The notes under the pieces are model-generated. The model did no database searches and was not told where the DNA came from. It saw nothing but the letters and a program-made list of their open reading frames with translations. Position numbers and translations under genes: made by a program. This document shows positions 48,568-53,267 of a DNA stretch of 53,267 bases, in pieces. The stretch spans positions 1-53,267 of the IMG/VR virus record IMGVR_UViG_3300012665_000878. One strand, written 5' to 3'. The stretch's first letter is position 1, and each line of letters begins with the position of its first letter. This DNA comes from a virus. Lineage: Duplodnaviria; Caudoviricetes.

Positions 48568-48596
48568 TTGACAATCAATCGTTAAGGCACTATAAT
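48568..48596 (+). promoter_or_regulatory. sigma70 promoter, perfect consensus
   Basis: TTGACA-17 nt-TATAAT. Confidence 0.85.
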
Positions 48597-48619
48597 TAAA
48601 AATCAAAGGAATAAAACAA

Positions 48620-49192
48620 ATGAACATTTCACTAAGAAAATCCAACGCAGTTCAAAATCAAATCACTGATGCTCTGCGTCACATCGAGATTAAGACCGAT
48701 GTTAGCATCAACGAGTTCCAAGATCCAGAAGTTGAAATCGCTAATGGCCAAAAATCTCTCTTGGAGAATGATCGTCGACGTGGTCTGCTGTTAGCAGCAC
48801 AATACAACATTCGCGGCCTAGTTGGCGCAGCCAATGCTCAGAGTGGCATCGACCTGTTGTTGACTCGAGCAGCGTTTACTGACAAACGCATTAGTCAACT
48901 AGAGTCTTTGGTTAAGTCTAAGACTGTGACTGACCTAGCAGTGATCAAAGGCAAGTTAGATAAGATTAAAAACGACAAAGGTGAAACTCGTCGTAGCATG
49001 TATGGCTACAGCGACTCTGTCGAAACATCAGTTCTTAACAACAGCGACATCGATGCGTTCAAGAAAGAACTCAGCAATCTTCGTAAACAAAAACAAAAAC
49101 TCAATGATGAGATCCTTGAGTTAAATATCAAAACGGAAATTCCGTTGAGTGACGAAGCAGTAGCAACACTCACTGCCGAAGGCATTCTTTAA
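48620..49192 (+). CDS. coiled-coil hypothetical protein
   Basis: AAAGGA SD, own promoter, helical C-terminus. Confidence 0.75.
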   Translation: MNISLRKSNAVQNQITDALRHIEIKTDVSINEFQDPEVEIANGQKSLLENDRRRGLLLAAQYNIRGLVGAANAQSGIDLLLTRAAFTDKRISQLESLVKSKTVTDLAVIKGKLDKIKNDKGETRRSMYGYSDSVETSVLNNSDIDAFKKELSNLRKQKQKLNDEILELNIKTEIPLSDEAVATLTAEGIL

Positions 49193-49402
49193 AACCCCGG
49201 TTTACACTTTTTACGTTATAAAAGTGCGTCCCTGTAACGAGAGACCAGGGGGTACACTAGAACTTGACCTTACGGTTCCTCTTTAGGGAATCCCGAAAAC
49301 AGTCTAGGGTGTGGTATAACGCCATCCCAGAAGAAGAAATGTTATGGACAGAGTAACCGCTCAGTTTAGGGCTCTTGTGGTGAGAGTAGCTAGACACTTT
49401 AT
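49192..49402 (+). ncRNA. structured RNA family, copy 1
   Basis: 3' 58 nt match 51476-51533 at 52/58 positions with compensatory changes. Confidence 0.7.
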
Positions 49403-49531
49403 AAAAGCTCTTTGAAGTTTAACTACACTGGAACAAGCGAGTAACTGCGAAGTCGACTACACAGTGAAAGTCTCCAGGAAGATAAGGAGTTAAACAGTTT
49501 CGTTCGATTCGAACAGAGAGCCTCTATAAAG
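49397..49531 (+). ncRNA. stem-closed tRNA-like element with a T arm
   Basis: CTTTATAAAAGCTCT/AGAGCCTCTATAAAG, GTTTAACT/AGTTAAAC and TTCG-TTCGATT-CGAA. Confidence 0.5.
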
Positions 49532-49535
49532 TTAT

Positions 49536-49611
49536 CGCGGGATGGAGAAGGTGGTATCTCGGGAGTCTCATAAGCTCCAGATCGTCGGTTCGAGTCCGAC
49601 TCCCGCAACCA
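49536..49611 (+). tRNA. tRNA-fMet(CAT), atypical anticodon stem
   Basis: C1:A72 mismatch, loop CT-CAT-AA, CCA. Confidence 0.85.
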
Positions 49612-49629
49612 GTTTTTACAAAGGCAAAA

Positions 49630-49857
49630 ATGAAACTAACTGACAGCCGGGGACCCGGCATAGATACAGAAAAGTGTGTAGAGCAAGTAGGCGGTAGTAG
49701 ATTTGATCTTGTGTTGATTGCCACAGTTCGAGCTAGAGAACTTAGTCGCAGACATAAGGCTTCAGAACTTACTACACAAGTTAATGCTCCTGTAAGTGCT
49801 CTATTAGAAATTCAAGAAGGCAAGATAGGTAAAGAATACCTTAAAAAAGTAGATTAA
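49630..49857 (+). CDS. rpoZ: RNA polymerase omega subunit-like protein
   Basis: EKCVEQVGGSRFDLVLIATVRAREL...PVSALLEIQEGKI. Confidence 0.8.
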   Translation: MKLTDSRGPGIDTEKCVEQVGGSRFDLVLIATVRARELSRRHKASELTTQVNAPVSALLEIQEGKIGKEYLKKVD

Positions 49858-49859
49858 TT

Positions 49860-49937
49860 CGGAGTGTGGCGCAGTCTGGCTAGCGCACCTGGTTTGGGAC
49901 CAGGGGGTCCTAGGTTCGAATCCTAGTACTCCGACCA
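49860..49937 (+). tRNA. tRNA-Pro(TGG)
   Basis: Loop TT-TGG-GA, CCA. Confidence 0.95.
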
Positions 49938-49953
49938 AGTTGAGGATACGTAA

Positions 49954-50160
49954 ATGGCAGAACATTGGAATGGCGGTAACGGCGGAAAAGGATCTAAACC
50001 TAGACCGTTTAGTGTTAGTCAACAAGAATATGACAATAGGTTTGAACAAATTTTTGGTAAGAAGAAAAAAACAGAAGCAGAAAAGTTTGACGAACAAGTT
50101 ATAATGAAACCCGAATATTACGACGAGGAAGATGATAATGCAGGTAAGAGCAAACCCTGA
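49954..50160 (+). CDS. small hypothetical protein
   Basis: GAGGA SD; shares KKKTxAEKFDEQVxMK with 50973..51161. Confidence 0.65.
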   Translation: MAEHWNGGNGGKGSKPRPFSVSQQEYDNRFEQIFGKKKKTEAEKFDEQVIMKPEYYDEEDDNAGKSKP

Positions 50161-50356
50161 AGGTAAAATTGGCACATGTGGTTGTGGCCGAAGTCCTACT
50201 GGTGATTGTATCGGCTGGCACGGTCTTAATGAACAGCAATTAAACGATGCTAGAGCAAAGTGGCAGGCTGATCAAGATCAAAAAGAGCTAGACGAATATC
50301 AATCACAGGCACAAGAGATGTGGAACGATAGTTGTACCAGTAACAGATCAGTATAA
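50132..50356 (+). CDS. CDGSH-type iron-sulfur motif protein
   Basis: CGCGRSPTGDCIGWH resembles the CxC...CDGSH motif. Confidence 0.55.
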   Translation: MIMQVRANPEGKIGTCGCGRSPTGDCIGWHGLNEQQLNDARAKWQADQDQKELDEYQSQAQEMWNDSCTSNRSV

Positions 50357-50363
50357 AGTATAT

Positions 50364-50439
50364 GCGGGAGTAGCTCAGTTGGTAGAGCACTTGCCTTCCA
50401 AGCAAGATGTCGCGAGTTCGAGACTCGTCTCCCGCTCCA
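50364..50439 (+). tRNA. tRNA-Gly(TCC)
   Basis: Loop CT-TCC-AA, CCA. Confidence 0.95.
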
Positions 50440-50444
50440 GATTT

Positions 50445-50521
50445 CTGACTGTAGCTCAACTGGATAGAGCAACAGCCTTCTAAGCTGTAGGTCGGGGGTT
50501 CGAGTCCCTCCAGTCAGGCCA
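50445..50521 (+). tRNA. tRNA-Arg(TCT)
   Basis: Loop CT-TCT-AA, CCA. Confidence 0.95.
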
Positions 50522-50525
50522 GTTA

Positions 50526-50594
50526 GCTGCTGCTGTTAGTGTGAATGCTGCTGTTACGTAATGTATACAGACCCCCGCAGCATACAGCAGCAGC
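50526..50594 (+). ncRNA. long GCT-repeat hairpin
   Basis: GCTGCTGCTGT/ACAGCAGCAGC and ATGCTGC/GCAGCAT. Confidence 0.45.
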
Positions 50595-50604
50595 ACCCTT
50601 TAAG

Positions 50605-50682
<78 letters not shown>

Positions 50683-50686
50683 GATC

Positions 50687-50772
50687 GCGACTGTGGTGAA
50701 ATAGGTAGACACAAGAGACTTAAAATCTCTCGCTGTAATGGCGTGCCGGTTCGATTCCGGCCAGTCGCACCA
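50687..50772 (+). tRNA. tRNA-Leu(TAA)
   Basis: Loop CT-TAA-AA, long variable arm, CCA. Confidence 0.95.
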
Positions 50773-50778
50773 AAATAT

Positions 50779-50871
50779 AGTGAGTTGGATGAGAGGTTGA
50801 AATCAACACCCTGCTAAGGTGTCAGTCGTCTTAAAAACGGCTCGAGGGTTCGAATCCCTCACTCACTGCCA
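50779..50871 (+). tRNA. tRNA-Ser(GCT), second copy
   Basis: Loop CT-GCT-AA, long variable arm, GCCA. Confidence 0.9.
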
Positions 50872-50877
50872 TATTAT

Positions 50878-50953
50878 TCCTCGATAGCTCAGTTGGTAGA
50901 GTGCCGGACTGTTAATCCGTTGGTCCCTGGTTCGAGCCCAGGTCGAGGAGCCA
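50878..50953 (+). tRNA. tRNA-Asn(GTT), second copy
   Basis: Loop CT-GTT-AA, CCA. Confidence 0.95.
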
Positions 50954-50972
50954 TTATTTAGGAGAGTTGTAA

Positions 50973-51161
50973 ATGGTAGCAAGAAATGATGTAACTGGAG
51001 ATGCTATCCAGACTAAAGGTGTTACAAACGAGTATCGTGATAATTATGATAACATCTTTAGAAACAAGAAAAAGACAGACGCAGAGAAGTTTGACGAACA
51101 AGTTGTAATGAAGAACGAGTTTTACGATGTAGATATTGATCCGGAGAATCCGGACAAGTAA
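50973..51161 (+). CDS. small hypothetical protein
   Basis: AGGAG SD; paralog of 49954..50160. Confidence 0.65.
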   Translation: MVARNDVTGDAIQTKGVTNEYRDNYDNIFRNKKKTDAEKFDEQVVMKNEFYDVDIDPENPDK

Positions 51162-51167
51162 CTAGTT

Positions 51168-51243
51168 GGGGGTGTAGCTCATTTGGGAGAGCGCCTGCTT
51201 TGCAAGCAGGATGTAGCAAGTTCGATCCTTGTCACCTCCACCA
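51168..51243 (+). tRNA. tRNA-Ala(TGC), second copy
   Basis: G3-U70, loop TT-TGC-AA, CCA. Confidence 0.95.
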
Positions 51244-51249
51244 AGTTAT

Positions 51250-51323
51250 GCGGGTATGATGTAATGGTAACCTGAAACCTTGCCAAGGTTTATTCGCGAG
51301 TTCGATTCTCGCTACCCGCTCCA
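51250..51323 (+). tRNA. tRNA-Gly(GCC), second copy
   Basis: Loop TT-GCC-AA, CCA. Confidence 0.9.
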
Positions 51324-51325
51324 AG

Positions 51326-51533
51326 AAACCCGGGCTCCCTTGCCCGTTATACACAGGGGGGAATATTGGCAAACCCATAGACGCCACGGTGCATTGGATC
51401 TACCGCAAGGCTTGTTTAAAGCGACTTGAGAAATCACAAAGGCGGACCTCAGCACCGTCTAGATGGAAAGGCTAGTGGACGGGGTAACCACCCAGTTTAG
51501 GGCTCATGTGGTGTGAGTAGCTAGACACTTTAT
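51326..51533 (+). ncRNA. structured RNA family, copy 2
   Basis: Same AAACCC...CGTTATA 5' hairpin and 58-nt 3' core as 49192..49402. Confidence 0.7.
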
Positions 51534-51628
51534 TAAAACAAATTTAAATCCGTAAAAAGATCAGGTTTGGTATCCCAGGAGCTCTTTGACATAGTCATAA
51601 CTCTTAATAAACCAAAGTGTGTTTAAAT

Positions 51629-51848
51629 GGGCCTGCCATGGTTTCGACAGGGTGAGATAATAGAGACGGCAACACAGTAGGCGATGACTGTAAATCAAGC
51701 AAAACTCGTAAATGCAAACGCAAATACAACTGAAACAGCATACACACGCACTTGGGACGTAAAAGTCGCAAGCAATGCAGGTGCTTTTGCTCTAGTGGCC
51801 TAATAGCCAGTTTCCGGGGTAGGACTTACCTTGTAAAATAAACAACCA
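51629..51848 (+). ncRNA. ssrA: tmRNA-like RNA lacking the T arm and 3' acceptor strand
   Basis: 5' GGGCCTG...GGTTTCGAC; tag ORF 51714-51803 ANANTTETAYTRTWDVKVASNAGAFALVA*; helix ACAGGGTGAG/CTTACCTTGT. Confidence 0.7.
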
Positions 51849-51873
51849 TAGGACCTTCGGGTCCTATTTTTTT
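51848..51873 (+). terminator. intrinsic terminator
   Basis: ATAGGACC-TTCG-GGTCCTAT followed by a T-run. Confidence 0.85.
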
Positions 51874-51968
51874 GACTAAAATAATTCTTGTAGTTTAGAT
51901 AAAAAGAGCATATAATAATTAACTAAACTCCGTGGATGGGGTTTACTATAAAACAAAAGGAAAATTAA

Positions 51969-52535
51969 ATGAAGAAGTTATTTTTGGCAGTGTTAATGAC
52001 TGCATCGGTCACAATGGTCCAAGCCGCTGAACCATATTTTCAAGTCGCAAACAGCTGGCAAGAGAATCGTGCAACAGGTGCTAACAGCGTCTCTCCAGAT
52101 GTTGTTATTGGAATTAAAGAAGGCAACTGGCAATACTCAGGTTTGGTTTCAACAAGCCAAACAGAATTGGGTAATGGCGCTATCACTAATTCAGTAGAAG
52201 GTCGTGCTCGATACAATTTTAATACAGTGACCAATTTTAAATTAAAGCCATGGACACAAGTACGTCTAGGTGAACGAATTCAAAGTGATAATAACTTTTC
52301 TTACTATGCTATGGATCTTGGCGTAACTGCACCAGTGACCAATGTATTTGATTTGGATTTTACCTATAGATATCGTAATGCGTTTAGCAGTGGTAAGGAT
52401 TTCCAAACTGATCGTTATGGTGTAGAAGGTAAGCTGAAATTAACAGCTAAAGATGCAGTGGGTGTTCGTTATACTCAAAGCTATGGCGATGTTGAAACCA
52501 ACGCTTGGCGCTTACAGTATACTAGAGCATTTTAA
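51969..52535 (+). CDS. outer-membrane beta-barrel protein
   Basis: Signal peptide ending VQA, alternating beta pattern, C-terminal YTRAF. Confidence 0.7.
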   Translation: MKKLFLAVLMTASVTMVQAAEPYFQVANSWQENRATGANSVSPDVVIGIKEGNWQYSGLVSTSQTELGNGAITNSVEGRARYNFNTVTNFKLKPWTQVRLGERIQSDNNFSYYAMDLGVTAPVTNVFDLDFTYRYRNAFSSGKDFQTDRYGVEGKLKLTAKDAVGVRYTQSYGDVETNAWRLQYTRAF

Positions 52536-52538
52536 TCT

Positions 52539-52562
52539 AGGGGGTCTTCGGACCCTTTATTA
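52539..52562 (+). terminator. intrinsic terminator
   Basis: GGGGTC-TTCG-GACCCT followed by a T-rich tract. Confidence 0.7.
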
Positions 52563-52615
52563 GTTTTTTCAATAATCGTTATAGAAATAATTATTTGAAA
52601 AATCTATTAAAACAC

Positions 52616-52644
52616 TTGATTTCATTATTAAATACTATTACAAT
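52616..52644 (+). promoter_or_regulatory. sigma70-type promoter for ahpC
   Basis: TTGATT-17 nt-TACAAT. Confidence 0.55.
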
Positions 52645-52699
52645 AGTATATCAGTATAAACACTGAAATACAGTTTTTATCACACACAAGGAGAATGAT

Positions 52700-53257
52700 A
52701 TGAAAACAGTTGGACATAAATTAGAAAAATTCGCAGTCACTGGTGTTAAGCCAGGACAACCAGAAGACGCTTTCTTCACAATTACAGAAGAATCATTTCC
52801 AGGTAAATGGAAAGTAATCGTTTACTACCCAAAGGACTTTACATTTGTTTGTCCTACAGAAATTGTAGCCTATGACAAACTAGCAAGTGACTTCGCTGAC
52901 CGTGACGCAGTATTGCTCACAGGTAGCACAGACAATGAGTTCTGTAAAGTTAGCTGGCAAAATGCCCACGCAGATTTGAAGAAAATCACTCATACACAAT
53001 TTGCTGACACACAACGTTGGAATGATGAGACTATGGAAAATCTAAGTCTAATCGAACAGCTTGGTGTATTCTATGCTCCAGCAGGTGCCGCACTTCGCGC
53101 AACATTCATCGTTGACCCAGACAACGTTATCCAACACGTGACTGTAAACAACTTAAACGTTGGCCGCTCACCAGAAGAAACACTTCGTGTATTGGATGCG
53201 CTGCAAACTGGCGAGCTTTGCGCTTGTAACCGTACAGTAGGCGGAGAGACACTATAA
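52700..53257 (+). CDS. ahpC: peroxiredoxin AhpC
   Basis: YYPKDFTFVCPTE, LRATFIVDP and GRSPEETLRVLDALQTGELC. Confidence 0.95.
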   Translation: MKTVGHKLEKFAVTGVKPGQPEDAFFTITEESFPGKWKVIVYYPKDFTFVCPTEIVAYDKLASDFADRDAVLLTGSTDNEFCKVSWQNAHADLKKITHTQFADTQRWNDETMENLSLIEQLGVFYAPAGAALRATFIVDPDNVIQHVTVNNLNVGRSPEETLRVLDALQTGELCACNRTVGGETL

Positions 53258-53267
53258 TGGCATTCAT

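Noticed and set aside
51524-51628. Possible acceptor piece of a permuted two-piece tmRNA (contains ACCA near 51611)
   Set aside because: No T arm, the bases before ACCA cannot pair with GGGCCUG, and helix 2 already closes within the downstream RNA.

Overview
This window looks like part of a large, AT-rich tailed phage genome, probably infecting a Gram-negative bacterium. The call is an inference from dense overlapping ORFs, host-like auxiliary genes out of their normal operon context, sigma70 plus TAAATA-type promoters and a large tRNA array; no virion genes are in the window. Layout: (1) 1-4.6 kb: CHASE2 class III cyclase, fatty acid desaturase and small membrane proteins. (2) 4.6-14.2 kb: small genes including a tandem array of 8 related proteins, a metallophosphoesterase, a nucleotidyltransferase, ClpP-like and IF-1. 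(3) 14.2-44.3 kb: a 30 kb enzyme cluster with 12 radical SAM proteins, about 11 Fe(II)/2OG-type oxygenases, an amidinotransferase, a PLP enzyme, an epimerase, SDRs and QueC-like, GNAT-like and kinase-like genes. (4) 44.3-51.9 kb: 31 tRNA genes covering all 20 amino acids, interleaved with unexplained structured RNAs and a tmRNA-like gene lacking its T arm and 3' acceptor strand. (5) An outer-membrane barrel and AhpC. The best candidate for a new system is a ribosome-coupled attenuator at the head of the tRNA array. Its 46-codon leader peptide contains all 20 amino acids and overlaps an antiterminator that competes with an intrinsic terminator, so it could act as a tRNA-pool sensor gating phage tRNA expression. 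All calls come from motif reading and manual base pairing; no searches were run.
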